The notes beneath the pieces are model-generated. The model worked only from the letters and a program-made list of their open reading frames with translations. It had not been told where the DNA came from and ran no database searches. DNA of 64,000 bases from Octopus vulgaris (taxonomy: Eukaryota), in NCBI GenBank assembly GCA_951406725.2, contig OX597814.1, positions 57,102,001-57,166,000 on the forward strand, given 5' to 3'. Position numbers and translations under genes: made by a program. Each line of letters begins with the position of its first letter. The first letter of the stretch is position 1. Below are positions 13,725 to 26,774 of this stretch, piece after piece.

Positions 13725-16537
13725 CATATGTGTGTTATATGTACAATTAACTGTTGGTCTGCTTACTCACCTCTGTTAATTAGCATTTACAATATCATTT
13801 ATGCTATTTTCAGGTTTCAGAATGTGGATTTGTTTTAAAACTCTCAATCGATTTAAATCTGTCGGTCACGGTCATTTTATATTACAAACGTGGTGTGTCA
13901 TTAAAATTATCATTCTTACTTAATTATATTGCTATTTTCTCCCCTTTACGACATTTTTCTCTTCTTTTTTTTGTCGTTTCGTCTGTTCACATTAGCCCTG
14001 ATGACTACTTTGGCTTTCAAACACATGTAATTCTTTTAACACATACGAGTGCGCAAGCAACTATAATGAGTATCTACGTTAATTAACACGTGTAATAGGG
14101 TAGCAAATTGGTCGCTAAACGAAAATAGATGGCGCAGGTTAAGTAGACTAGTTAGTTGTCAATCATTGACTAGAGAGATACATTCCAACAAATTAAGCAA
14201 AGTATTTAAATCAAATCTTTGTAGATGGGAATGAAACTTCTCTATTCAGAGAAGTTTTATAGCGTTATAGAACAATACAAAAATTTCAATGTATTTCAGC
14301 AAAAATGTCATGAACCTAACTACCCTTGAACAACAGTTGGAACATTCACAATCCGTATGAATGTTACCAATGCAGTCGTTGATTAGCTTTGACGGTAAAC
14401 CATGTGTATTTCTTTTTATAAGACAATACTGCATCACAGATAATATATTTCCGTTATGAAAGTGGAACGTGATTTAATTTTATACAGAACCCAAATATCT
14501 TTTATCGCAGATTGTACATGTACACTCAGGACAATACCCAAAGAAAAGGCTATCCATTTGATAGGTGAGCTTTTTTAAGCAACATACTTGATGATAAATG
14601 AATTTTGCTTTTCTTACTGTTAATTGTAAGGTCTAAACTCCATTAGATAAACTGAGTGAATAGTACTGCGATAAACTACGCGTAGCTCTCCTCAGTGCAG
14701 TATTTCTTCTCTTCATGGCATTCCTACAGTGTCTAAAGTCATCCCAGATTGCATACTTAACTTTACATTCAGCCTTTACTCTCCGGAACTTAATTCGTTT
14801 TCGTCGTCCCTATTAACTGTTTTAACTCACGTTACTAACTCTTGCAAGTTAGTGGTTGGAAAGAAACTTAGACGACTGATCGTAGTTAACTATATTACGT
14901 ACTATCCGCTAAGTCTCGAAGAGCCCGTAGCTGTTGTTGTTATCGTTGTTAACTCCGGCTAACTCCAATGGAGTAAACCCATGAACAAAGCGTTTCCAGC
15001 TATGGCATTGTCATCTCTGACATAGTATACATAGGACCACATTGTGTCCGGTTTGCATGATTTGAAGATTTTGTTGCTATTCCTTGCTGGACGACTCAAC
15101 ATATCGAAGCTGCTGTTGTTGGTTCCTAAATTATATATATATATATATATATATACAGCTTTTCTCTGGTTAATAAATGAAAGAAATTATATTAGATTTA
15201 AATATTTCTATTATAATTTTGAAACCTGAATTCATGTAGGACGCATTAACTAAATTCATGTGTCGTCTTCAGTTTACTTCTCTTCAGTTATATATGTAAT
15301 GTCTTTCTCAAAGTCTACTCTTCATCGATGAACTGAGGCAATTAGAAATACCTGCAGTCTATCTGGACTCTTGTAGCATAAATTAGCAGTGCTATATTCT
15401 GTTTACTTGGACAGAACTAAATACTAACAATACTTTACATTAGGGTTCAGTAAAATATAGTGCCAGTCATCTACAGAGTTCGATTTATATTTCCATAATA
15501 ATATATCCTAGATGTAAATGAAATATTAATAATCATAAAAGTGAATGCTACATAATTTAAGAATTTTTAATTTATTTCAATGTTTGAATCAGAGAAATGA
15601 ATGTTAGAAACTGAAGAGTACCACACAAACTTTTTAAAGGACTTAGTTACGTCCCTTTACTGTTTCAGTACTTTCTGTGTCCACCAGTGAAGGTGCATAG
15701 CCTAAGAGTTAAGAGTGTTCATATCATGTCATAAAGTCGTGGATTCAGTTTCTGGACTATGTAGTAGGTTATGACCTTAAACAATGCACATTATTTCATG
15801 TTGCCCCAGTCTCTTCAGCCTACATCTTGTGGTCGAGGGAAATCGAGTGATAGATGGGTGGCTGGGCTGTACTACTAAAATGCATTCTTCCAAAAGGGGT
15901 GGAGTACAAAATCAACAGTTATGAAATTTGAATACTGATTATAAAGCAACGAAACTATGTTTCAAATTTCAAATTAATTATAATGGAAGGTAAACAAATT
16001 TTATTGTAAATGTCCTTGTTTTTTGTTCAACAATGTGATCAAAGTCTGCATTAAAAAAATGGAGAAAGAAAGGAAGATAATCTAATATTATGCAGTGCCA
16101 AAAAAATTTAGTTTAGAAGTACTTCGTTAATTTAAATATATCGCACAGAATATACCTCAAAGTAGATTCTACTGAATTTTCTTCATTTTAATGCCGTTTT
16201 GCTAGGCTGTTCCATACAGCACATAAACTGCTGTCCTATTTGATGATATTACATAAAATGATTTCAGATTTGCCTTAGTGGCAATGGTGCTACAGGAAGA
16301 TCGTTGTTTCGATTCTGAGACCGGCAGCGCCTTATGTTCTTGATCAAAACACATCATTTCGCATTGTGTCAGTCCATTCAGCCGACATGGGCAACCCTGC
16401 GACGGACTGGCGTTCCGTTCAGGAGGAGTGTTTGTCTGCTTGCCTGCCGGCCTGCCAAGACAGCTGGGTGACATCATTCCGAGTAAGCATATTATGACCA
16501 GTGACGTGTAACAACATCCGATAGAATGATCGATTTA

Positions 16538-16587
<50 letters not shown>

Positions 16588-16888
16588 AGGGGTGACCACT
16601 AAGTAGACATCCATTATGCTAGAAGGCGACCCCCTATTGTCATACCACTAAGAAAGGAATGTTCTCAGGAAAATTTAGCAAACGCCAGAACGTAAGCGAG
16701 CAAGATACAAAATATACAGATTAATCACAAACCAGTTTCGTTGTTACCATTTACGTAATCACTTATATGCATGTAATATAATATTATATAATGTAATGTA
16801 ATTTTTCTGAATCTTCAGATTTTTCTATACGCTAGACCACTGATTTTAAGTTGATATTAATCAAATTAGTATTCAATTTTTCACCCTT

Positions 16889-17033
16889 GTGGTAAGTAGC
16901 TTGCAAACCAACCACATGGTTCCGGGTTCAGTCCCACTGCGTGGCATCTTGGGCAAGTGTCTTCTGCTATAGCCCCGGGGCGACCAATGCCTTGTGAGTG
17001 GATTTGGTAGCCGGAAACTGAAAGAAGCCTGTC

Positions 17034-17132
<99 letters not shown>

Positions 17133-17353
17133 TGTGTGTTTGGGTGTCTGTGTTTGTCCCCCTACCATTGCTTGACAACCGATGCTGGTGTGTTTACGTC
17201 CCCGTCACTTAGCGGTTCGGCAAAATAGACCGATAGAATAAGTACTGGGCTTACAAAGAATAAGTCCCGGGGTCGATTTGCTCGACTAAAGGCGGTGCTC
17301 CAGCATGGCCGCAGTCAAATGACTGAAACAAGTAAAAGAGTAAAGAGTAAAGA

Positions 17354-17355
<2 letters not shown>
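16889..17355 (+). mobile_element. tRNA-derived bipartite SINE with internal (TA)n(TG)n
   Basis: tRNA-like head (GTGGTAAG..GGTTCAGTCCC), body ending ..GGCGGTGCTCCAGCATGGCCGCAGTCAAATGACTGAAAC and (GTAAAGA)n tail. Related pieces at 20993-21200(-), 26880-27090, 39725-39885, 41220-42250, 48185-48350(-), 48795-48950(-), 62874-62935(-). Confidence 0.85.
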
Positions 17356-17416
<61 letters not shown>

Positions 17417-17466
17417 TGTATGTATGTATGAATGTATGTATGTATGTATGTATGTATACACATATA

Positions 17467-17992
17467 CAGGATGCGGTGAATGAAAAATTGCCGTCTAAAT
17501 TACACAAAAGTGAAAATAACACTGACATCTCATTTTAACAAATATATTTACCAAAGTTACATAAAAATATCTTGAAATACTAAAGAGTGAGTTTATTCAA
17601 TAAAATCGACATTAGCTTCAAACACAAGTTCCAGACAACTTCGAAATCCCCTGCAACTCTTCTACACTGTCTCCTTGTTTCAGTTGGGGAATGCTGCCAT
17701 AATCCTTGCCTTCAGTTTGGTGTTTCAAGGAGTTTTGTTGCTCTCTCAACTGCGCCCCACATATAATAATCAAGGAGGTTGCAGTCTGGGGAGCTAGGTG
17801 GCCAGATATTAGAGGTATTGTGACCGCAGAAATTGTCTCACTGCCATGACTAGGTTCTGTTTGTGCGTCATGGTACTGTTTTTCTCACAGACGGTGCCCA
17901 ACTGAGCCTACGATACTGTGTAGGCGACAAAATCAAAGATAAATAATGAAATTAAAATATAAACTAGCGACAATGTAATTCATCGCACCCTG
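17467..17992 (-). mobile_element. Internally deleted Tc1/mariner-superfamily (maT/DD37D-like) element
   Basis: Imperfect TIRs CAGGATGCGGTGAA / CAGGGTGCGATGAA. Minus strand IWPPSSPDCNLLDYYMWGAVERAT..KSCRGFRSCLELVFEAN. Confidence 0.75.
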
Positions 17993-18004
17993 TGTGTATA
18001 TATA

Positions 18005-18054
<50 letters not shown>

Positions 18055-18362
18055 TATATGATATAACGCAAAAGACTGAAGATACCTTATGAGCACTCTA
18101 ACAAAATCCTTACCATATCGAATCTTAGGTAACATTTAGAATCCTTTAGAATAAGCAATATCGATTGTTATATCCCAATTTCGCTTGAATAAACTTCATG
18201 TTTAATACAGAATATATTATCAAGACATAATAATGAAGAATGGAGAGTTACACATCTTTAAAAGTTATTTAATAAAAATTGTTTTCCTCGTATTACATTC
18301 CAACACATGCTTCTGCTGAATAAGTGTCTTGATATAATGGTTTTGTGTATTTAACCGATTTA

Positions 18363-18579
18363 CAACGAGATGCTGAAAAGTTCCTGGCTTTGAGTAAAAG
18401 AAGATACAGGAGGATCAGTTAATTATGATTTTATTCAACATATTCCCCTCTCAGATTCACACACTTATTGCAGTAGTCCTTCAGTTTTTCTAAGCCCTGT
18501 AAAAGAACTCGGAAGGTTGGGCCTTCAACTAGGCCTTTCGTGATAACATTAAAGCCAGGTACTTTTCAGCATTCCCTTG
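18363..18579. mobile_element. Mariner-derived MITE with TA target duplication
   Basis: 29-bp TIRs (CAACGAGATGCTGAAAAGTTCCTGGCTTT / AAAGCCAGGTACTTTTCAGCATTCCCTTG) flanked by TA. Body matches 52167-52340. Confidence 0.85.
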
Positions 18580-19769
18580 TACACTCGAACACGTGTTTCT
18601 GCTTAATAGGTGTCTTAGGGTCCTTCGGGTACCTTATGGAAGGGTCGTTAAACAAATATTCCGATAATGCTTTCGATATTAGCAAACATTAAAATTCAGT
18701 ATCGAAATTTAAGAACGAAAGTTTAATTTATTTCTACAGTGGCCTGAAATGAATCAATAAATTATGGTTATAAAACAAAATATATGATTCTTTTACTTAG
18801 AAATAAGTGTAAGAGATTTAAACAGTAAAACTTTTCACTTTTCTAAATAGTCGGAGGAATAGAGGAGGCTAACAGAAACATAGGCTTCCTCTATATAGTT
18901 TATGAATAATCGACTATAAGAAATGGTGGAGTGAACTGGTTGATATGACGTTTTCTCAGAAACCACAATTCAAACTAAAAAAAGAATTAACCCTTCTCTG
19001 CACGCCAAGCCATACATAGTACGTACCGATTTTTACGTCATTGCAACGAGTACTTTCATTGCAACAAGTGACACTTATAGCTTATTACCGACTTTATAAG
19101 GACCAAGCAATGACTTGTACTCAGGCAGCCATTTTGGGTGGATAAAGTAAATTCAAGTCAGAATCCAGCAGTGTTAGCATGTGTCTGTTCATACACTTAC
19201 TATTATAACATCACTGAAAGCAACCCATTTTAACCTTTTTTCCTCTCATTTCTTTTAATAACAAGACACCTTTAGACTTATTGAGAAAAAGTGCTGTATC
19301 CCTTTCCATTATACTACAAGCGTAGATAATATTTTCTACAATACACGAGCCTACTTTATGTACGCGCGCGTGCGCGCGCGCGTGTGTGTGTGCGTGTGTG
19401 TGTGTAATTTATTTCCGGCCATTTTTAAGGTAGCCTCAAACAGATTAATACGCATTTGTTTCCTTTCTTATGTTCTTCTTCAGAAAGTTGAAGATCGAAA
19501 TGTCGAAGATACTTCTACTTCCTTTTCTCTCATCGAGCATCAAACTAGTTATTACCGTATTTGATGGTATAAAAGATGCACACCCAGTTTCAACAACTCA
19601 TAGTCAAGAAAAAATACCTCTTGGGACAAAATTAGCCGATAGAGACCCAACTGTGCATATAGGATCAAGGGTAGTTTTTTGAGAGATTCCTTTTGAAAAA
19701 AAGTGCATCAGATGCTGCACATTTTGCTGGCATTTTCTTTTACAGCGGACGTTTTGCATCTACATACCA

Positions 19770-19833
<64 letters not shown>

Positions 19834-19850
19834 AGAGAGAGAGAGAGAGG

Positions 19851-19883
<33 letters not shown>

Positions 19884-19929
19884 GCATACATATATTGAGT
19901 TTAATATAAGTTCATCTTGAGAGAGTTCA

Positions 19930-20540
19930 AGCCTAAATGGCATATATTTAAAGAACATTAGGCGATAAAATATTTTTCTGAGAAAGTAAACAAAAAAGCA
20001 CTGTGCATAATATGCAGTGATACCATTGAGTTACTAAATGAATATATGCAGACATTAGCAAACGAAATATTTATCTCGCAAATTTTGACAAACAGAAAAG
20101 CTGCGGCATGGGAAATATGAAATTTAGAAACTTAATATTTTATCACAACAATGCAAATGAAGCGTATTTGTATTTATTTCATCTTTTTTTTTTTTTTTAC
20201 ATTAGAAAACAAAAGCATTTGCTGACGGTGATGTAATTAAATCTTGTATGATAGCAGAAGTTGAAGATATATGTACAGAAAAATTAAACTTATACTGACT
20301 GTTTTAACTAGAAGGAACGAAAAGATACGAGATACTCTCATGTATCAATTAAATAAGTACAAAGTTTCCGGTGGTTTAATTTTGCTCTTGATGAATCAAC
20401 AAATGTATGTGAAGGTTTGGTGTTGCTATTGTTCATTCAGAGAATTAATGCTAATTATGAAGTAATTAAAAAAAAAATCCTTCTGTGAGAAGCATGCTTG
20501 GAAGAGATTCTGGTCAAAACAGTTTCAAAACATGGGGAAG
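19930..20540 (+). mobile_element. Decayed hAT (SPIN/Buster, GTF2IRD2-like) transposase, N-terminal half
   Basis: Fragments KYFSEKVNKKALCIICSDTIELLNEY, TKAFADGDVIKSCMIAEVEDICTEK and FNFALDESTNV..LLLFIQRINANYEV in broken frames. Confidence 0.75.
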
Positions 20541-20824
20541 ACATTGACTAACAGTACGTTTTTCGCGAAACTAAATATATAAATACTTGTATACTCGCGT
20601 CGTCAAAAATGTCGACAGCTATTAATTTTAGAAAACAGCTCATCAAAACCTTGGGATAAATATCAGCAAAAGAGTAAACATATGTCCATACACAGAAATG
20701 AAGTATGCGAACACATTCAGTCATAATATCTCTAGTGAAAATATAAGGGCTTCTTTTATTTTCTGTCTACCAAATATATTCACAAGGCATCGGTTTGGCT
20801 CTGGGTCCAATGTGCCAGTACACA

Positions 20825-20869
<45 letters not shown>

Positions 20870-20906
20870 TCATGCATACATACGTACATGCATACACACA
20901 CACACT

Positions 20907-20944
<38 letters not shown>

Positions 20945-21209
20945 CTAGCAAATATACCCAGCGTTGCTCAGGATTAAAATGGCATAGATCTTTATTGTTT
21001 TACTTGCTTCGGTCATGTGACTGCGACCATGCTGGAGTACCACCTTTAGTCGAAGAAATTGACAACAGGATATATTCTTTGTAAGCAGATCACTTACTCT
21101 ATCGGTGTGTTTTGCAAACAGCTAAGTTATGGGGACGTAAACACAGCAACATCCCTAGTCAAGTGATGGTGGGGTTAGAAATACAGACACAGGCACACAA
21201 ACACACACA

Positions 21210-21252
<43 letters not shown>

Positions 21253-21289
21253 GTGCAGGAATTTACAAAACTTCAACAATACATATCTC

Positions 21290-21331
<42 letters not shown>

Positions 21332-21341
21332 AAATATAGTC

Positions 21342-21407
<66 letters not shown>

Positions 21408-21411
<4 letters not shown>

Positions 21412-23364
21412 GTTATCGCCATACTAATATGGCATTCTTATAAAAATAAGAAAAAAGCTGTCCGCTTATTAGCTCCATGAGGCCATCGCCTTAAGTTAGC
21501 TATTTGATACACAAACTGTATCCATATAACCTTCGAACAAGGTTAATATTTTAATATTTCTATTATTGAAAACAAGTGGATGTATTCCACCGAAACTAGG
21601 TAAATAAAACCATCGAACAGAGATTGTCGGAAGCGACACCTACTGGCTGGCTACGCTGCATTGAAAAGGGGCAATACTCCGAAACGCGTCTGTAGCTGCC
21701 GGTCAAGTAGTGTGGAGCGACTGACCTCCCTTGTTCGAAGGTTATATGGATACAGTTTGTGTATCAAATAGCTAACTTAAGGCGATGGCCTCATGGAGCT
21801 AATAAGCGGACAGCTTTTTTCTTATTTTTATAAGAATGCCATATTAGTATGGCGATAACTATTATTTTCCGGGAACGCTGCCGCTGTTCTCTTTTAGAGA
21901 GACTTAGTTATTTTAATATTTCTATTATTGAAAACAAGTGGATGTATTCCACCGAAACTAGGTAAATAAAACCATCGAACAGAGATTGTCGGAAGCGACA
22001 CCTACTGGCTGGCTACGCTGCATTGAAAAGGGGCAATACTCCGAAACGCGTCTGTAGCTGCCGGTCAAGTAGTGTGGAGCGACTGACCTCCCTTGTTCGA
22101 AGGTTATATGGATACAGTTTGTGTATCAAATAGCTAACTTAAGGCGATGGCCTCATGGAGCTAATAAGCGGACAGCTTTTTTCTTATTTTTATAAGAATG
22201 CCATATTAGTATGGCGATAACTATTATTTTCCGGGAACGCTGCCGCTGTTCTCTTTTAGAGAGACTTAGTTATTTTAATATTTCTATTATTGAAAACAAG
22301 TGGATGTATTCCACCGAAACTAGGTAAATAAAACCATCGAACAGAGATTGTCGGAAGCGACACCTACTGGCTGGCTACGCTGCATTGAAAAGGGGCAATA
22401 CTCCGAAACGCGTCTGTAGCTGCCGGTCAAGTAGTGTGGAGCGACTGACCTCCCTTGTTCGAAGGTTATATGGATACAGTTTGTGTATCAAATAGCTAAC
22501 TTAAGGCGATGGCCTCATGGAGCTAATAAGCGGACAGCTTTTTTCTTATTTTTATAAGAATGCCATATTAGTATGGCGATAACTATTATTTTCCGGGAAC
22601 GCTGCCGCTGTTCTCTTTTAGAGAGACTTAGTTATTTTAATATTTCTATTATTGAAAACAAGTGGATGTATTCCACCGAAACTAGGTAAATAAAACCATC
22701 GAACAGAGATTGTCGGAAGCGACACCTACTGGCTGGCTACGCTGCATTGAAAAGGGGCAATACTCCGAAACGCGTCTGTAGCTGCCGGTCAAGTAGTGTG
22801 GAGCGACTGACCTCCCTTGTTCGAAGGTTATATGGATACAGTTTGTGTATCAAATAGCTAACTTAAGGCGATGGCCTCATGGAGCTAATAAGCGGACAGC
22901 TTTTTTCTTATTTTTATAAGAATGCCATATTAGTATGGCGATAACTATTATTTTCCGGGAACGCTACCGCTGTTCTCTTTTAGAGAGACTTAGTTATTTT
23001 AATATTTCTATTATTGAAAACAAGTGGATGTATTCCACCGAAACTAGGTAAATAAAACCATCGAACAGAGATTGTCGGAAGCGACACCTACTGGCTGGCT
23101 ACGCTGCATTGAAAAGGGGCAATACTCCGAAACGCGTCTGTAGCTGCCGGTCAAGTAGTGTGGAGCGACTGACCTCCCTTGTTCGAAGGTTATATGGATA
23201 CAGTTTGTGTATCAAATAGCTAACTTAAGGCGATGGCCTCATGGAGCTAATAAGCGGACAGCTTTTTTCTTATTTTTATAAGAATGCCATATTAGTATGG
23301 CGATAACTATTATTTTCCGGGAACGCTGCCGCTGTTCTCTTTTAGAGAGACTTAGTTATTTTAA

Positions 23365-23369
<5 letters not shown>
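21408..23369 (+). mobile_element. Tandem array of five 362-bp hammerhead-containing units (retrozyme-like), preceded by a 135-bp inverted partial unit, inserted in (TA)n
   Basis: Ribozyme cores start at 21661, 22023, 22385, 22747 and 23109 (exact 362 period). Units near-identical; one substitution seen near 22966. 21408-21542 is the reverse complement of the unit's 3' half. Confidence 0.9.
21640..21710 (+). ncRNA. Type I hammerhead ribozyme, U3-A8 core variant (copies at 22002-22072, 22364-22434, 22726-22796, 23088-23158)
   Basis: GCUGCA-UUGAAAA-GGGG(CAAUA)CUCC-GAAAC(GC)GUC^UGUAGC. Helix I extends past a UAC/U internal loop (UGGCUGGC/GCCGGUCA, CUAC/GUAG). Palindromic helix III (ACGCGU). Predicted cleavage after 21690. 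Confidence 0.85.
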
Positions 23370-23433
<64 letters not shown>

Positions 23434-23661
23434 ATATATGTATACATATATATATTCATGTATATATATATATATGTATAAATATATATAAATATATATA
23501 TATATACATGTACATATATACGTATATATATATACTTATATATATATATGCATTTATACACACACACACACACACATATATACAGGAGATATGTATTGTT
23601 GAAGTTTTGTAGAACACTTATTCCAAGAAAACATACTTAAATTTTATGTATCTTCCATAGA

Positions 23662-23695
<34 letters not shown>

Positions 23696-24349
23696 CAAAA
23701 CTGGGAGGAAGGGAAAGTGGGACGAAACGACGAATCGAATCGACCCTGACGCGAACGCGCTGTCAGACAATAATGTAATAAATAAAATATATGCATGCAT
23801 ACAAACATATACGTACGTACCTACATCTACATGTATATATACATGCATATATAAATATATATACGTGAGTACAGGATACTGCAACTAGACGTAGAACTCA
23901 ACGAAAAACGAAAACGGACAAGCCATAGTCCAGATGGAGCTGTGCACATACCGTTTAAGCACGGCTTTTACATTAGATTATCTGCTAATTAGCTAGCATT
24001 AAGTATCTATATGAAGTTTGGCTGTATGTAATATCTCTTTTCTCGAACAGCCGCTTCTACTGAGTACTGCTGTTGGTTTATTTCTTATACATAAAGGACT
24101 ATAGCTTCAACTGCGTACTGCTTTTTGATTCACCGTAAGGTTTGTTGTTATTATTATTACTGTTTATCTATTGTTATCACATTTGTTGGTTCCTCGTAAG
24201 GGAAAGGTTGTTGTGTTGCATTTGTTAAATAATTGTAAACTGTAACCCTACCCCTTTGGGAGAAGGAGCTTTGGTTATTGTTTAAAAATTGAATTGTGTC
24301 CCTGTTTGCGGAAATTGGCAATATTTTCACCGTTTATACGTAAGCATTT

Positions 24350-24870
24350 TTGTTAGAATGCCTTCGATAGAAGAAAGTCCAAAAATGAATTTCGCTGCAG
24401 CCGTCGGCGAGCGCGAACTCATTAAAACTAAAATGGAAGAAATACAAACCTATTTTGGATTGATCACCGACAAAGACAATGAATCTAGGAAAACGCCACC
24501 AAACGAAATAAAAAATTAAATTAAAGAAAAGACTATTGTCTATAAAGTATACAATGTAGAGAAAAAAATTGAACACCTGGAGGAGAGTACCATCGAAAAG
24601 TGTCTTGGTGCGACTATGAAAGATATCTAACCCGAGGCGGTAAATTCGCCACAATAGAAGCAAGGTTCGAGTCAACGGAGCGTGCAAGGGAGTACTCGAC
24701 TCGAACCTTGCAAAATGGAAATATTTTATTTTTACCTTTATATCTGGGACGTAAGACGTCCCGGATAAAAATTTAAAATGTCCCCCCAGAAGTAGAGGTA
24801 GGCTGGATTGTAGCCACACTGCTATACAAGAGGGAGGACAAGATACAATTGATCGAAATTGCAAGAAACG
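24350..24870 (+). mobile_element. Decayed Tx1/L1-like ORF1 fragment
   Basis: FATIEARFESTERAREYSTRTLQNGNILFLPLYLGRKTSRIKI.NVPPEVEVGWIVATLL resembles the zinc-knuckle ORF1 at 63600-64000 (LGRCTFREDIPPDVNVACLMAAILL). Confidence 0.55.
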
Positions 24871-25066
24871 GGCCTACAATTCCAGTCTGTTATATATTTT
24901 GAGTATTGTTATCACTAGCGATATCAAGATATAACTTTGTATTCTGTATTTTATGTGTAGATGTATATATATATATATATAGATGTACATGTAATATGTA
25001 CACATATATATACACATATATATATGCACTAGCACTATGACCCGGCAACGACGGGTCATAATGCTA

Positions 25067-25139
<73 letters not shown>

Positions 25140-25585
25140 TACATATGTGTATATACATATATTCGTGTATATACAAATATATATATATACATGTGCGTAT
25201 ATATATATTTTTCTGTGAATGATAGCAGTTATTCATTTCCCAGATGCACTTTCCGCCTCTCTGCTGCACTGCAGTGAGTCGCCTGCATCACGTAAAGAGC
25301 ACCGCGCTCTCGTGCTCGCGATCGTCGGTAACGTACGAAAGCTCGCGGTTTCGCGTGCTTCAACGTGAATGCCACAACGGCCGATACCGGCAGCCTGGCG
25401 GCTGTCACCGGGGTGTACGCGTGATCTACGTCGTCGATACCGTGACGTGGTCCGTCCCGTATACGTGTAAAATAGGTTATCCTTTTCTTGGGCAAAGAAA
25501 TTTGTGTCAGTATCAGGAATAGTAAGTATGGAAAAACAGACTATAACGAAAGAAAATGAAAATGAATATATATATACATATACAT

Positions 25586-25724
<139 letters not shown>

Positions 25725-26132
25725 TATAAATATGTAATTTACATCTAATATAGGATAGAATCTTTCGAAAAAAATTCTATCGATGGTCAGCAAATTAAAA
25801 AATACCTTTAAGGGTATTTTTTAATATACTGGTTATTGTTCATGTTTGAATGGACTATATATATATATATATATATATATATTAATTGTTATCGCCATAT
25901 TAATATGGCATTCTTATAGATATAAGAATAATCGCTGCCGCTGGTCAGCTCCATGAGGCCACCGCCATCAAGATAGCTATTGATACACGATCTGTATCCA
26001 TTATAACCTTCGAACAAGGTTGTTTTATAGAGACTTAGTAATTTTAATATTTCTATTATTGAAAACAAGTGGATGTATTCCACTGAAACTAGGTAAATAG
26101 AAACCTTCGAACAGAGACGTCAGTGGCGACAC

Positions 26133-26204
26133 CTGCGGGTCTGACTGCGCCACATTGACAAGGGGCAATACCCCGAAACGCGTCTGTAGCTGTCGAACTG
26201 GCAG
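26133..26204 (+). ncRNA. Type I hammerhead ribozyme (UUGACAA core), one C-A mismatch in proximal helix I
   Basis: GCCACA-UUGACAA-GGGG(CAAUA)CCCC-GAAAC(GC)GUC^UGUAGC. Confidence 0.75.
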
Positions 26205-26496
26205 TGTGAAGCGGCTGACCTCCCTTGTTCGAAGGTTATAATGGATACAGATCGTGTATCAATAGCTATCTTGATGGCGGTGGCCTCATGGAGCTGACCA
26301 GCGGCAGCGATTATTCTTATATCTATAAGAATGCCATATTAATATGGCGATAACAATTAATTTCCAGTAAACGCTGCCGTAATCCCTTTTATAGAGACTT
26401 AGTAATTTTAATATTTCTATTATTGAAAACAAGTGGATGTATTCCACTGAAACTAGGTAAATAGAAACCTTCGAACAGAGAATTCAGTGGCGACAC

Positions 26497-26568
26497 CTGC
26501 GGGTCTGACTGCGCTACATTGACAAGGGGCAATACCCCGAAACGCGTCTGTAGCTGTCGGACTGGCAG
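26497..26568 (+). ncRNA. Type I hammerhead ribozyme (UUGACAA core), fully paired proximal helices
   Basis: GCUACA-UUGACAA-GGGG(CAAUA)CCCC-GAAAC(GC)GUC^UGUAGC. Distal helix I GUCUGAC/GUCGGAC and CUGC/GCAG. Confidence 0.85.
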
Positions 26569-26774
26569 TGTGAAGCGGCTGACCTCCCTTGTTCGAAGAT
26601 TATAATGGATACAGATCGTGTATCAATAGCTATCTTGATGGCGGTGGCCTCATGGAGCTGACCAGCGGCAGCGATTATTCTTATATCTATAAGAATGCCA
26701 TATTAATATGGCGATAACAATTAATTTCCATAAACGCTGCCGTAATCTCTTTTATATAGACTTAGTAATTTTAA

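Noticed and set aside
14640-14815. Minus-strand frame ..WDDFRHCRNAMKRR resembling the end of exon 3
   Set aside because: No EF-hand loop and no alignable upstream sequence, so it is not a second exon 3.
21408-23369. CRISPR-like or tandem protein-coding array
   Set aside because: Units are 362 bp and identical throughout, with no variable spacers, no cas genes and no long ORF; the context is eukaryotic.
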